This document shows, piece after piece, positions 11,224 through 21,850 of a stretch of 64,000 nucleotides of DNA (positions are counted from its first letter, which is position 1; each line of letters opens with the position of its first letter). Below the pieces are notes generated by a model, which saw only the letters and a list, made by a program, of their open reading frames with translations, was not told the origin of the DNA and did not search any database. The stretch lies in the NCBI RefSeq assembly GCF_053078305.1, contig NZ_CP166879.1. The stretch is one strand, 5' to 3'. Position numbers and translations under genes: made by a program.

Positions 11224-13269
11224 ATGACAACAATGAATCCTTTCCTTGTGCAAAGCACACTGCCGTATCTGGCTCCCCATTTTGATCAAATTGCCAATCA
11301 TCACTATCGCCCGGCATTCGATGAGGGAATGCTGCAAAAGCGGGCAGAAATTGCTGCCATTGCGCTTAACCCGCAAACACCTGATTTCAACAATACTATT
11401 CTGGCACTGGAACAAAGCGGAGAATTACTTACCCGCGTTACCAGCGTCTTTTTTGCGATGACTGCGGCGCATACCAATGATGAATTACAGCGTCTTGACG
11501 AGCAGTTTTCCGCTGAACTGGCGGAACTGGCTAATGATATCTATCTGAATGGTGAATTATTCGCGCGGGTAGATGCTGTCTGGCAGCGCCGTGAATCTCT
11601 TGGGCTTGATAGTGAATCCATCCGCCTGGTGGAGGTGATTCATCAACGTTTTGTCCTTGCCGGAGCCAAACTTGCGCAAGCTGATAAAGCAAAATTAAAA
11701 GTATTGAATACAGAAGCTGCGACCCTGACCAGCCAGTTTAACCAGCGATTACTGGCAGCAAATAAATCCGGCGGTCTGGTTGTGAACGATATCGCGCAGC
11801 TGGCAGGAATGAGTGAGCAAGAGATTGCGCTGGCGGCAGAGGCGGCTCGCGAGAAAGGTCTGGATAACAAATGGCTGATTCCGCTGCTGAATACCACCCA
11901 ACAACCGGCGCTTGCCGAAATGCGCGATCGTGCGACGCGTGACAAACTGTTTATTGCGGGCTGGACGCGAGCGGAAAAAAATGATGCCAATGATACCCGC
12001 GCTATCATTCAACGTCTGGTGGAGATCCGTGCACAACAGGCAACACTACTTGGTTTTCCTCATTATGCCGCATGGAAAATCGCCGATCAGATGGCAAAAA
12101 CACCTGAAGCAGCACTTAACTTTATGCGGGAAATTGTTCCAGCGGCGCGTCAACGTGCGAGCGATGAATTAGCCTCCATACAGGCGGTTATCGATAAGCA
12201 GCAAGGCGGGTTTAGCGCGCAGCCGTGGGACTGGGCATTTTATGCCGAACAGGTCCGGCGGGAGAAATTTGATCTTGATGAGGCGCAGCTCAAGCCATAT
12301 TTTGAATTAAACACGGTGTTGAATGAAGGTGTATTCTGGACCGCGAATCAGCTCTTCGGTATTAAGTTTGTCGAACGTTTTGATATTCCTGTCTACCATC
12401 CTGACGTTCGTGTGTGGGAAATTTTTGATCATAATGGCGTGGGACTGGCGTTATTTTACGGTGATTTCTTCGCCCGTGATTCAAAAAGCGGCGGTGCATG
12501 GATGGGCAATTTTGTTGAGCAATCAACGCTTAATGAAACGCATCCGGTAATTTATAACGTCTGCAATTATCAGAAACCCGCTGCCGGTGAGCCTGCGTTG
12601 TTACTCTGGGATGATGTCATAACCTTATTCCATGAATTTGGTCATACGCTGCACGGCCTTTTTGCCCGCCAGCGTTATGCCACGCTCTCCGGCACCAACA
12701 CGCCGCGTGATTTTGTCGAATTTCCGTCGCAAATCAACGAACACTGGGCAACGCATCCGCAGGTATTCGCTCGCTACGCCCGGCATTATCAGAGCGGGGC
12801 AGCAATGCCTGACGAACTGCAACAGAAAATGCGTAATGCCAGCCTGTTCAATAAAGGGTATGAGATGAGCGAACTGCTTAGCGCCGCACTTCTCGATATG
12901 CGCTGGCATTGCCTGGAAGAAAACGAAGCAATGCAGGATGTCGATGAATTTGAATTGCGGGCGCTGGTGGCGGAAAATATGGATCTTCCTGCTATACCGC
13001 CACGCTATCGCAGCAGTTATTTCGCCCATATTTTTGGTGGCGGATATGCCGCAGGTTATTACGCTTATCTGTGGACGCAAATGTTGGCCGATGATGGTTA
13101 TCAGTGGTTTGTTGAGCAGGGCGGATTAACGCGTGAAAATGGGCTGCGTTTTCGCGAGGCGATCCTTTCCAGAGGTAACAGCGAAGATCTGGAACGCCTG
13201 TATCGACAATGGCGCGGTAAGGCTCCTCAGATTATGCCGATGCTGCAACATCGTGGCTTGAACATATAA
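11224..13269 (+). CDS. dcp: Dipeptidyl carboxypeptidase II (M3 metallopeptidase, HEFGH motif)
   Basis: Start at MTTMNPFL with AGGAG RBS (681 aa); HEFGHTLH zinc motif present. Confidence 0.95.
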   Translation: MTTMNPFLVQSTLPYLAPHFDQIANHHYRPAFDEGMLQKRAEIAAIALNPQTPDFNNTILALEQSGELLTRVTSVFFAMTAAHTNDELQRLDEQFSAELAELANDIYLNGELFARVDAVWQRRESLGLDSESIRLVEVIHQRFVLAGAKLAQADKAKLKVLNTEAATLTSQFNQRLLAANKSGGLVVNDIAQLAGMSEQEIALAAEAAREKGLDNKWLIPLLNTTQQPALAEMRDRATRDKLFIAGWTRAEKNDANDTRAIIQRLVEIRAQQATLLGFPHYAAWKIADQMAKTPEAALNFMREIVPAARQRASDELASIQAVIDKQQGGFSAQPWDWAFYAEQVRREKFDLDEAQLKPYFELNTVLNEGVFWTANQLFGIKFVERFDIPVYHPDVRVWEIFDHNGVGLALFYGDFFARDSKSGGAWMGNFVEQSTLNETHPVIYNVCNYQKPAAGEPALLLWDDVITLFHEFGHTLHGLFARQRYATLSGTNTPRDFVEFPSQINEHWATHPQVFARYARHYQSGAAMPDELQQKMRNASLFNKGYEMSELLSAALLDMRWHCLEENEAMQDVDEFELRALVAENMDLPAIPPRYRSSYFAHIFGGGYAAGYYAYLWTQMLADDGYQWFVEQGGLTRENGLRFREAILSRGNSEDLERLYRQWRGKAPQIMPMLQHRGLNI

Positions 13270-13280
13270 ACACCACCAAT

Positions 13281-13310
13281 GGCTGTCCTGGAGATATCGC
13301 CAGGACAGCC
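13281..13310. terminator. Stem-loop between convergent dcp and ydeJ
   Basis: 11-bp perfect inverted repeat GGCTGTCCTGG/CCAGGACAGCC; no strong T-tract. Confidence 0.35.
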
Positions 13311-13313
13311 TGG

Positions 13314-13832
13314 TTATAGCAGTAACTGCAGCAGCTGGGCGAGGGCAAACCTCACCGCTAAAGCTAATACCGTTTCGCAGTCGCCAGCAAAATGCATAAC
13401 CGCAGTGTAGTTCTGGCCTTTAATATGCCACGCGAACCAGACGGTACCCGCAGGCGTACCATCTTCACCGCCCTCCGGTCCGCCGTAGCCGGTAATGGCA
13501 ATACTGACATCAGCATCCGCACGCTCTATGGCACCGGTTGCCATTTCTGCTGCCACTTTCTCACTCACCGCAGAATATCGTTCAAGAGATTGCTGGCTTA
13601 CGCTGAGGATTTTCATCTTTGCCTGATCGGTGAAAGTAACAAAGCCTGCACCGTAAAATTTGGGTGTATCTTCAGCTGCACACAGGGCGCTAGCCAACTT
13701 ACCGCCGGTGCATGATTCGGCGGTAGTTAAGCGTAATTGATCCGCGATAAGTCTTTGACTCAACGCGGATGTCAGGTTTTCAATAGTGTCGGTATCTGCA
13801 AGTTGTACAATTTTATCTTTATTAATGTTCAC
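13314..13832 (-). CDS. ydeJ: CinA-family (competence/damage-inducible protein C-terminal domain) protein
   Basis: 172-aa ORF. Confidence 0.85.
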   Translation of the reverse strand: MNINKDKIVQLADTDTIENLTSALSQRLIADQLRLTTAESCTGGKLASALCAAEDTPKFYGAGFVTFTDQAKMKILSVSQQSLERYSAVSEKVAAEMATGAIERADADVSIAITGYGGPEGGEDGTPAGTVWFAWHIKGQNYTAVMHFAGDCETVLALAVRFALAQLLQLLL

Positions 13833-14107
13833 TGTTTTTTGTCCACGCTATTATATGTAAAGGTGATTTGCTTTTTCTGTATGCTCGTCCAATATAATAA
13901 TTTTCAAACATATAAATCCGATTATTCTGAAAATATGTTTAAGACTCTTCAATCTTCTTAACTTTAGTGAGTTAAATTCTCTGAATATTTGACAGCTAGT
14001 TGGCTGATTTTAAATGCCTTATAACAATTGGCAGTATTCTTATTTGGCAATTATAAAAATAGCAACCAGACTTAATAAGTCAAACCAAACGCAATTAAGG
14101 AGTTAGT

Positions 14108-14500
14108 ATGAAATTTCAGGCCATTGTATTAGCAAGTTTTCTTGTCATGCCTTATGCGTTGGCAGATGACCAGGGCGGTTTAAAACAGGATGCAGCGCCA
14201 CCGCCGCCTCATGCAATAGAAGATGGCTATCGCGGAACCGATGATGCAAAAAAAATGACCGTTGATTTCGCAAAAACCATGCACGATGGCGCTTCGGTTT
14301 CACTACGCGGTAATTTGATTTCTCACAAAGGAGAAGACCGTTACGTTTTTCGAGATAAGAGCGGTGAAATTAATGTCGTTATTCCTGCGGCCGTTTTTGA
14401 TGGACGAGAAGTTCAGCCGGACCAGATGATCAACATTAGCGGCAGTCTGGATAAGAAAAGCGCGCCGGCCATTGTTCGGGTCACTCATTTGCAGAAATAA
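14108..14500 (+). CDS. ydeI: YgiW/BOF-family periplasmic OB-fold stress protein
   Basis: 130-aa ORF with signal peptide. Confidence 0.85.
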   Translation: MKFQAIVLASFLVMPYALADDQGGLKQDAAPPPPHAIEDGYRGTDDAKKMTVDFAKTMHDGASVSLRGNLISHKGEDRYVFRDKSGEINVVIPAAVFDGREVQPDQMINISGSLDKKSAPAIVRVTHLQK

Positions 14501-14754
14501 AAATAAATTAGCCTGATGGCCTGAACTACTGGGCCATTAGGGTATTGGGTTATGCTTTTTGTCATCCTTTTATTTACGATAATGCAGAGGTAATTTACAG
14601 AATTAAACACTTTTTTATCCGCTGATTTTGTTTTAAATCACAATGTTATCTCAGAGATGACTCATAACTTCGGATTTCTATGAAAATATTGACGTAATTT
14701 TGCTTTTCTCTCGTTAGAATAGCGCGCACAAGGAACTGTGAAAAAGGAGTGGCA

Positions 14755-15645
14755 ATGATCAAGAAGACAACGGAAATTGATGCCATCTTGTTAAATCTCA
14801 ATAAGGCTATCGATGCCCACTACCAGTGGCTGGTGAGTATGTTTCACAGCGTGGTCGCGAGAGATGCCAGTAAGCCAGAAATAACGGATAACCATTCTTA
14901 TGGACTGTGCCAGTTTGGTCGGTGGATTGATCATCTGGGGCCACTCGATAACGATGAATTACCTTACGTTCGGCTAATGGATTCTGCCCATCAACATATG
15001 CATAACTGTGGTCGGGAATTAATGCTGGCTATTGTTGAAAATCACTGGCAGGACGCGCATTTCGCCGCTTTTCAGGAAGGGTTACTTTCTTTTACTGCGG
15101 CATTAACCGATTACAAAATTTATTTGCTGACAATCCGTAGCAATATGGATGTTTTGACGGGATTGCCGGGGCGTCGGGTTCTTGATGAATCCTTTGATCA
15201 TCAGTTACGCAACACTGAGCCTCTGAATCTTTATTTAATGTTGTTGGATATTGACCGATTTAAATTGGTTAATGATACCTACGGGCATTTAATCGGCGAT
15301 GTAGTATTACGCACCCTGGCAACTTACTTAGCCAGTTGGACGCGTGATTACGAAACGGTTTATCGCTACGGGGGCGAAGAATTTATCATTATTGTCAAAG
15401 CGGCTAATGATGAAGAAGCATGTCGTGCAGGTGTCAGAATTTGCCAGTTAGTCGATAACCATGCCATCACACATTCTGAAGGGCATATCAACATTACCGT
15501 GACAGCTGGTGTCAGTCGCGCATATCCTGAAGAGCCTCTGGATGTGGTCATTGGAAGAGCAGACCGGGCAATGTATGAGGGTAAGCAAACCGGAAGAAAT
15601 CGCTGCATGTTTATTGACGAACAAAATGTGATTAACCGAGTTTAA
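14755..15645 (+). CDS. dgcZ: Zinc-sensing diguanylate cyclase (CZB domain + GGEEF)
   Basis: 296 aa from MIKKTTE; RYGGEEF motif. Confidence 0.9.
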   Translation: MIKKTTEIDAILLNLNKAIDAHYQWLVSMFHSVVARDASKPEITDNHSYGLCQFGRWIDHLGPLDNDELPYVRLMDSAHQHMHNCGRELMLAIVENHWQDAHFAAFQEGLLSFTAALTDYKIYLLTIRSNMDVLTGLPGRRVLDESFDHQLRNTEPLNLYLMLLDIDRFKLVNDTYGHLIGDVVLRTLATYLASWTRDYETVYRYGGEEFIIIVKAANDEEACRAGVRICQLVDNHAITHSEGHINITVTAGVSRAYPEEPLDVVIGRADRAMYEGKQTGRNRCMFIDEQNVINRV

Positions 15646-15656
15646 GCTCCGTTTAA
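15639..15656 (+). promoter_or_regulatory. PhoP-box-like direct repeat (aGTTTA-agctc-cGTTTA) overlapping the dgcZ stop codon
   Basis: Direct hexamer repeat with 5-nt spacer, located about 35-45 bp upstream of the inferred sRNA start. Confidence 0.45.
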
Positions 15657-15679
15657 CATTCATTGAGAAAACTGATGCT

Positions 15680-15790
15680 ACTGTGTCAACGATCCGTTAT
15701 CAGTGCAGGAAAATGCCTGTTAGCGTAAAAGCAAAACACAAATCTATCCATGCAAGCATTCACCGCCGGTTTACTGGCGGTTTTTTTTTT
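15680..15790 (+). ncRNA. mgrR: Putative PhoP-dependent Hfq sRNA MgrR (about 100 nt), ending at hairpin CCGCCGG/CTGGCGG plus T10
   Basis: Strong intrinsic terminator at 15763..15790 with no coding ORF, PhoP-box upstream; 5' end approximate. Confidence 0.5.
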
Positions 15791-15807
15791 CGCCGTCATA
15801 AAAATCA

Positions 15808-15838
15808 GGCCCCTTGTACACAACTGTAACAAGGGGCC
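15808..15838 (-). terminator. Terminator hairpin of mgtS (GGCCCCTTGT ... ACAAGGGGCC, T-rich on minus strand)
   Basis: 10-bp inverted repeat just 3' of the mgtS stop on the minus strand. Confidence 0.5.
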
Positions 15839-15865
15839 GGTTAGGTGAGGGATTATCTCCGTTCA

Positions 15866-15961
15866 TTAGTCATCCCATTTGTGGCTGAAATACGCGGCCA
15901 GAAAACCAGAAAATAAAATTATTCCCAGTACGGCCATAAAAACATTCATATTACCCAGCAT
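15866..15961 (-). CDS. mgtS: 31-aa inner-membrane small protein MgtS (YneM): MLGNMNVFMAVLGIILFSGFLAAYFSHKWDD
   Basis: Translated by hand from the minus strand; not in the ORF track because of size. Confidence 0.85.
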   Translation of the reverse strand: MLGNMNVFMAVLGIILFSGFLAAYFSHKWDD

Positions 15962-16068
15962 TATTTGCCTCCGTTTATGGTGTGGTGTGTTTCCTCGCTT
16001 ACCTTAATTTTCATCTCAATGAGAAAGATATTAGCAGAGGTTATCTAAACAAAGGCTGAATCAGGCGA

Positions 16069-17065
16069 TTATTGTGATGGGGAACGGCTGTTTTTGCGAT
16101 ATTGCGAAGGAGATAATAAAAAACGTTGGTGAAAGTGATGACGCAATAACGCTGAATTGCCAAAACCCGTCAGCTCGGCAATTTTCTCGATGTTAAAAAC
16201 CGAATTTTGCAGATAATCCTGTACTCGTATTAAGCGCTCATTGAGCAGCCAGCGGGCGGGCGTCATGCCAGTTAACGCCTCAAAACGTCTTAAAAAAGTG
16301 CGCGGACTCATATTTACCCGTTCGGCGAGGGAAGACACAGTATGTGTTTGTGCCAGATTCTGCTGCAAAAAGTCGAATAAGGCACCTAACGTCTGGCTTT
16401 CACGCGGTGAGGCCATTGGGCGCGTCAGATTTTGTGGTTGATCCCCCTGGCGATGTGGCTGAATGACCAGTCGCCGGGCGACATTATTAGCAATCTCATG
16501 ACCAAAATCTTTGCGCACGATATGTAAACACAGATCGATCCCCGCGGCGCTTCCGGCGGAGGTCATCACTTGTCCTTCATCCTGATATAACACATTGTCA
16601 CTTACGCTGATTGAAGGGTAACGGTGCTGGAGTTGTTCAGTGTAGCGCCAGTGGGTGGTTGCTTTTCGCTGATGAAGAAGGCCCGCAGCAAGCAGCAAGG
16701 ACAAACACGCCAGAGCATATTGATACCAGGCGAGTACCGCGCTGGTGTGCCTCGCGCAATGACTGGCATAGCATCTCCGGCACTTTGGCATCTATTCCGC
16801 GCCAGCCAGGAATAATAATCATATCGGCGTTGGGCAATAACTCCAGTCCACCATCTGCAACCACGTGGATCCCCCCGGTGGCTTGTAGCGCACCAGGTTC
16901 TACCGCAGCAACAGCAAAACGATACCAATTATCGCCCAGTTCCGGTCGTGGCAGGCCGAATATTTCAACGGCAACGCCAAATTCAAAAGTACATAGCCCG
17001 TCATATGCCAGTGCAATGACCAGCGGACGTTGTAACGTTGTCATCATTTTGCTCATTTCTGGCAT
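16069..17065 (-). pseudogene. GlxA-family regulator (DJ-1/PfpI domain + AraC HTH) disrupted by a frameshift
   Basis: N-terminal DJ-1/PfpI ORF (16637..17065) and C-terminal AraC-HTH ORF (16069..16791) overlap in different frames; a perfect 7-bp tandem duplication GCAGCAA at 16685..16698 sits exactly at the frame break. Confidence 0.8.
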
Positions 17066-17138
17066 ATCGAGAGGCGGTCAGTGAAAGGTAGATTAGTTAC
17101 ATTATTGTTAACACAACAAACCAAAAGGACAAAGCAAT

Positions 17139-17534
17139 ATGCGTTATGTCACTGAATTTACCACAGCGAAGCCAGAAGTTGCTGAGGCGCATTTTCTCGC
17201 GCGCTTGAGTGTCGAAACAGATTGCGCCGATGTTCATGACTCTCTGGCTTATATTGGCGATGATTTCGTTTTACTTCATGTGGTTGGACGTGAAGAGGAC
17301 TTCGCGCGTCGGCATATCCCAGGCGCTCTCCATTTACCCCATAAGCAAATGACCGCAGAAAGAATGGCCGAATGGCCCGACGATACGCTATTTGTGGTGT
17401 ATTGCGCGGGGCCACATTGTAACGGTGCAGACCGTGCGGCACTCAAACTGGCTCGACTCGGAAAGCCGGTTAAAATCATGCTCGGCGGGATAACCGGCTG
17501 GGAAGATGAAGGCTATGCCTTTGCCTCAGAATAA
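17139..17534 (+). CDS. Single-domain rhodanese-like sulfurtransferase
   Basis: 131-aa ORF with Cys-containing loop VVYCAGPHCNGADR; divergent from the GlxA-type regulator. Confidence 0.75.
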   Translation: MRYVTEFTTAKPEVAEAHFLARLSVETDCADVHDSLAYIGDDFVLLHVVGREEDFARRHIPGALHLPHKQMTAERMAEWPDDTLFVVYCAGPHCNGADRAALKLARLGKPVKIMLGGITGWEDEGYAFASE

Positions 17535-17574
17535 TGATTAGCGAAGCCGTGCCAGTAGTGGAACGGCACGAACG

Positions 17575-18762
17575 TCAACAGAGTGCTGGTTGCCTCTGGG
17601 GTCTGGCGTTAATACCTTTTAACATCAGCGCCCACGCGGCAATGATGACTAACGCCAGAATGATAAACAGCGAAGACGACGGGAGAGTGGTAAGTACAAC
17701 ACCACTCACTAATGGATTTACCGCTGCGCCCAACCAGCCTAAAGACTGGGCGGAAAAATAGCTGGCTTTCATTCCTGGCGGCGCAATATGGTCAATCAAC
17801 ATATACTCGCCCGGCGCATAAATGATTTCACCGACAGTAAATACCGCAGCTGACATACCCCACAATAGCAGGCTGTTGCCGGAAAAAATAAAACCGACCA
17901 GACCGATGACGAAACAGAGGGTGCCAGCTGTCATCAGCGCGCGGATGTTAGCCGGGTTAAGGCGGCGGCCCACGGAATATTGCAACGTAACCACCATGGC
18001 AGCATTCACCGGAAGAACAACCGCGACCACCTTTTCGGCAAAATCCCCATCAGCAATCACCATCACATATTGTGAGATGCATGAAGCAAATGCGCCACTA
18101 ACAAAAGAAGCCAGAAAGCCAGAGCAGGTAAACCACAACAGTGCTTTATCTTGTAATAAAACTTTCGGCGACCAGACACTGTCTGTTTCCGTGGCGATGA
18201 TTTTCTCGCTGCGCTTTACCCAAATTTGAATGAAAAGCATGGGAAACGCGGAACAGATAGCTGCCAGCCAAAAGGGCAGATTGATGCTCTGCATCACCAA
18301 CAGCGTGCCGAGCGGCGGGCCGACGGTCCAGCCAATATTGAGCATGGTGTAGTTGATCGAGAAGATCTTCGTTTTGCTGGTGGATGAAAGATTGTCGGCA
18401 AACCAGGCTTTCAACACTGTGGCAAAAACGGAATAGGCGCAGTTGATGAGTGCGAAAAAAAGTACCACCAGCGTGACGCTGTCCACCAGGGGAATAGCAA
18501 TAAAACCGCTGGCGAAGGCCGTAATTGCCAGTAACATATAGCGTTTCTTGTCGAACTTATCCGCCAGGATACCAAAACCGAGGCTAAAAACGACGCCAAT
18601 AGTGAGCGCAATTGTCATCGCATAACCAATGAGATCGACACTCAGGCTGTACTGACGACTTAAGTAAATAGTCATAAATGGCAGCGTGGCGCCGCGTCCG
18701 ATAGTTAATAACAATGACGAGGCGAGAAGGGCGCAAGTAGAGCGTCTCAGAGATAAGTTCAT
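17575..18762 (-). CDS. ydeE: MFS efflux transporter
   Basis: 395-aa 12-TM ORF. Confidence 0.85.
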   Translation of the reverse strand: MNLSLRRSTCALLASSLLLTIGRGATLPFMTIYLSRQYSLSVDLIGYAMTIALTIGVVFSLGFGILADKFDKKRYMLLAITAFASGFIAIPLVDSVTLVVLFFALINCAYSVFATVLKAWFADNLSSTSKTKIFSINYTMLNIGWTVGPPLGTLLVMQSINLPFWLAAICSAFPMLFIQIWVKRSEKIIATETDSVWSPKVLLQDKALLWFTCSGFLASFVSGAFASCISQYVMVIADGDFAEKVVAVVLPVNAAMVVTLQYSVGRRLNPANIRALMTAGTLCFVIGLVGFIFSGNSLLLWGMSAAVFTVGEIIYAPGEYMLIDHIAPPGMKASYFSAQSLGWLGAAVNPLVSGVVLTTLPSSSLFIILALVIIAAWALMLKGINARPQRQPALC

Positions 18763-18955
18763 TTGGCTGTCCGACAGTGCATTTCGTTATGTTTTGTTTT
18801 GGAGATGTAAAGAAATAGCATGGCAAAAATCCGAAGTATAGCGACTTATTTGCCATTAATGCTGTGGTAAACGGTGATTAATGAATGAACTGTTAAATAA
18901 AAGTAAATTCAGCTAAGTTGATTGCTGACAAAAAATGAAATTCAGAGGCGGGAAA

Positions 18956-19855
18956 ATGTCGCGGAAAGATGGGTTGTTGGCGCTACTAGTCGTCGTTGTA
19001 TGGGGGCTTAATTTTGTGGTCATCAAAGTGGGGCTTCATAACATGCCACCGCTGATGCTGGCCGGTTTGCGCTTTATGCTGGTCGCCTTCCCGGCAATCT
19101 TTTTCGTGGCACGACCAAAAGTACCGCTGAATTTACTGCTGGGGTATGGTTTAACCATCAGTTTTGCACAGTTTGCCTTTCTCTTCTGCGCCATTAACTT
19201 CGGTATGCCGGCTGGACTGGCCTCGCTGGTCTTACAGGCTCAGGCGTTTTTTACTATCGTGCTCGGTGCTTTTACTTTTGGCGAACGGCTGCACGGTAAG
19301 CAACTGGCGGGGATTGCGTTAGCGATTTTTGGCGTACTGGTGTTAATCGAAGATAGCTTTAACGGTCAGCATGTGGCGATGCTCGGTTTTATGTTGACTC
19401 TGGCAGCGGCATTTAGTTGGGCGAGTGGCAATATCTTCAACAAAAAGATCATGTCTCATTCATCCCGTCCGGCGGTAATGTCTCTGGTCGTCTGGAGCGC
19501 ATTAATCCCGATAATTCCGTTTTTTGTCGCCTCGCTCATTCTCGATGGCTCCGGAAAAATGATTCACAGTCTGGTCACTATCGACATGACCACCATTCTG
19601 GCGTTGATGTATCTGGCATTTGTAGCGACGATAGTTGGCTACGGGATTTGGGGTACGCTGCTTGGACGCTATGAAACATGGCGTGTCGCACCATTATCAT
19701 TACTGGTGCCGGTAGTCGGTCTGGCAAGTGCAGCGTTACTGCTGGATGAACGCTTAACGGGTCTGCAATTTTTCGGCGCGGTGCTCATTATGACCGGGCT
19801 GTATATCAATGTATTTGGTTTGCAGTGGCGTAAAGCGGTGAAGGTAAGAGGTTAA
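18956..19855 (+). CDS. eamA: Cysteine/O-acetylserine exporter (DMT family)
   Basis: 299 aa from MSRKDGLLALLVVVVWGLNFVV. Confidence 0.9.
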   Translation: MSRKDGLLALLVVVVWGLNFVVIKVGLHNMPPLMLAGLRFMLVAFPAIFFVARPKVPLNLLLGYGLTISFAQFAFLFCAINFGMPAGLASLVLQAQAFFTIVLGAFTFGERLHGKQLAGIALAIFGVLVLIEDSFNGQHVAMLGFMLTLAAAFSWASGNIFNKKIMSHSSRPAVMSLVVWSALIPIIPFFVASLILDGSGKMIHSLVTIDMTTILALMYLAFVATIVGYGIWGTLLGRYETWRVAPLSLLVPVVGLASAALLLDERLTGLQFFGAVLIMTGLYINVFGLQWRKAVKVRG

Positions 19856-19885
19856 CAAGCCCCGATATGCCGGGGCCTGAATATA

Positions 19886-20104
19886 CTACATGGCTTGTTG
19901 GTTATAATAGGGCACGCCCAGCGCATCCGATTTGTCACTGCCTGTACCCATGTGATTTAAATCGAACGGTGGTTGTTCCTGCGATGGGGGAACAACCACC
20001 ACATCGCCACAGGAAGTAACGAGCGGTTGCTGGGTTTGTTCCGCAACGCCCTGCGCGGAAAAGAGAATAAGCGCAGCTGCTATTGCGGATAAAAGCGGTT
20101 TCAT
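19886..20104 (-). CDS. marB: Multiple antibiotic resistance protein MarB (periplasmic)
   Basis: 72-aa ORF with signal peptide. Confidence 0.9.
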   Translation of the reverse strand: MKPLLSAIAAALILFSAQGVAEQTQQPLVTSCGDVVVVPPSQEQPPFDLNHMGTGSDKSDALGVPYYNQQAM

Positions 20105-20135
20105 AATTGCCTCAGTGACGTTGTCACGTTTTCAA

Positions 20136-20519
20136 CTAGCTGTTGTAATGATTTAATGGATGTAAAAAGCGCGATTCGCCCTGCATATTGGTCATCCGGT
20201 ATTTATGTGGCGGGACATCAAAGTAATTTTTGAAGGTTCGGGTCAGAGTTTGTTGCGACTCGAAGCCATATCGTTCTGCCAGATAGAGTATTGGCTCGTT
20301 ACTTTCCTTCAGCTTTTGCGCGATTTCCGTCATCTTACGGCTGCGGATGTATTGGCCTAATGAATGACCGGTTTCTTTTTTAAACATCCGTTGCAGGTGC
20401 CATTTGGAGTAACCCGAACGCTCTGACACTTTCTCCAGTGACAGTGGCGATTCCAGGTTGTCCTCGATCCAGTCCAAAATGCTATGAATGGTAATAGCGT
20501 CAGTATTGCGTCTGGACAT
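20136..20519 (-). CDS. marA: AraC-family transcriptional activator MarA
   Basis: 127 aa from [22 protein letters not shown]. Confidence 0.95.
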
Positions 20520-20538
20520 CGTCATACCTCTTTTTTGT

Positions 20539-20973
20539 TTACGGCAGGACTTTCTTAAGCAAATGCTCAAGTGTTGCCACTTCGTCCGCCGTCAGGTTTT
20601 TTGTTAATTCTTGATGCAGGTCCTGGCCAACTAATTGATGGCATTGTTCACATATTGCCGCGCCGCTGGTGGTAAGTTTTACCAGTACGCCGCGCTTATC
20701 ATTCGGGTTCGGCAACCTTTCCACCCAGCCTTTACAGACCAGGCGATCCAGCATACGGGTCAGTGCTCCCAGGTCGACCGACAACACTTTTTTCAGTTCA
20801 ACCGGAGTAATACACGCCGCGCAGCGGATAGAGCAGAGCACCTTAAACTGTGCCGCAGTAATATCCAGCGGAGACAGATACTCGTTAAGCAGACGATCTT
20901 TCTTCTGATTAACCATATGGATTAAGCGACCCAATGGAATAATTTCATTGAACAGATCGCTGGTACTTTTCAC
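20539..20973 (-). CDS. marR: MarR repressor (winged helix), GTG start
   Basis: 144-aa ORF. Confidence 0.95.
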
Positions 20974-20978
20974 ATTAG

Positions 20979-21071
20979 TTGCCCTGGCAAGTAATTAGTT
21001 GCAGGGGATAATATTGCCCAGGCAAGTATAAGTCAAATGAATGAATTGACCGATGCCACGTTTTGCTAAAT
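20979..21071 (-). promoter_or_regulatory. marO: MarR operator palindromes (20979..20990 and 21014..21025), -10 TATTAT (21008..21013), -35 TTGACT (21031..21036), marbox (21052..21071)
   Basis: TTGCC-N-GGCAA palindromes and promoter hexamers read on the minus strand; matches the known marO organisation. Confidence 0.8.
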
Positions 21072-21184
21072 CGGTTCAAGTTTTGGTCAATGCGATGCAA
21101 GGTTAGCTAAAGAGTGACACTTTATCCTTGTTTACCCCTTATACTTTTCGCTGATAACCCAGATACACAGGATAACAACCACCA

Positions 21185-21850
21185 ATGTTAGATTTGTTTA
21201 AAGCAATTGGCCTGGGGCTGGTGGTGTTACTGCCGTTAGCTAACCCATTAACAACTGTCGCGTTATTTCTTGGCCTGGCAGGCAACATGAACAGTGCCGA
21301 ACGTAATCGTCAGTCGTTGATGGCCTCGGTGTACGTCTTTGCCATCATGATGGTGGCGTATTACGCCGGGCAACTGGTGATGGATACATTTGGCATTTCG
21401 ATTCCCGGTCTGCGAATTGCAGGCGGCTTAATCGTCGCGTTTATCGGTTTTCGGATGCTCTTTCCGCAACAGAAAGCGATTGATTCACCGGAAGCGAAAA
21501 GCAAGTCGGAAGAGCTGGAAGATGAACCCAGCGCCAATATTGCTTTTGTACCACTGGCAATGCCAAGTACCGCCGGTCCGGGAACCATTGCGATGATTAT
21601 TAGCTCGGCGTCCACAGTGCGTCAGAGTTCAACCTTCGCTGATTGGGTACTGATGGTTGCGCCGCCGCTGATCTTTTTCCTGGTGGCGGTTATTTTGTGG
21701 GGAAGTCTACGCAGCTCTGGCGCAATTATGCGGCTGGTGGGCAAGGGTGGCATTGAAGCGATCTCCCGCCTGATGGGGTTCCTGCTGGTATGTATGGGTG
21801 TGCAGTTTATTATTAACGGCATCCTGGAAATCATTAAAACGTACCATTAA
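21185..21850 (+). CDS. marC: MarC-family inner membrane protein
   Basis: 221-aa ORF divergent from marRAB. Confidence 0.9.
   Translation: MLDLFKAIGLGLVVLLPLANPLTTVALFLGLAGNMNSAERNRQSLMASVYVFAIMMVAYYAGQLVMDTFGISIPGLRIAGGLIVAFIGFRMLFPQQKAIDSPEAKSKSEELEDEPSANIAFVPLAMPSTAGPGTIAMIISSASTVRQSSTFADWVLMVAPPLIFFLVAVILWGSLRSSGAIMRLVGKGGIEAISRLMGFLLVCMGVQFIINGILEIIKTYH

Noticed and set aside
13833-14107. AT-rich 275-bp region between ydeJ and ydeI as a possible mobile-element scar
   Set aside because: No flanking direct or inverted repeats found; more simply explained as the ydeI promoter region
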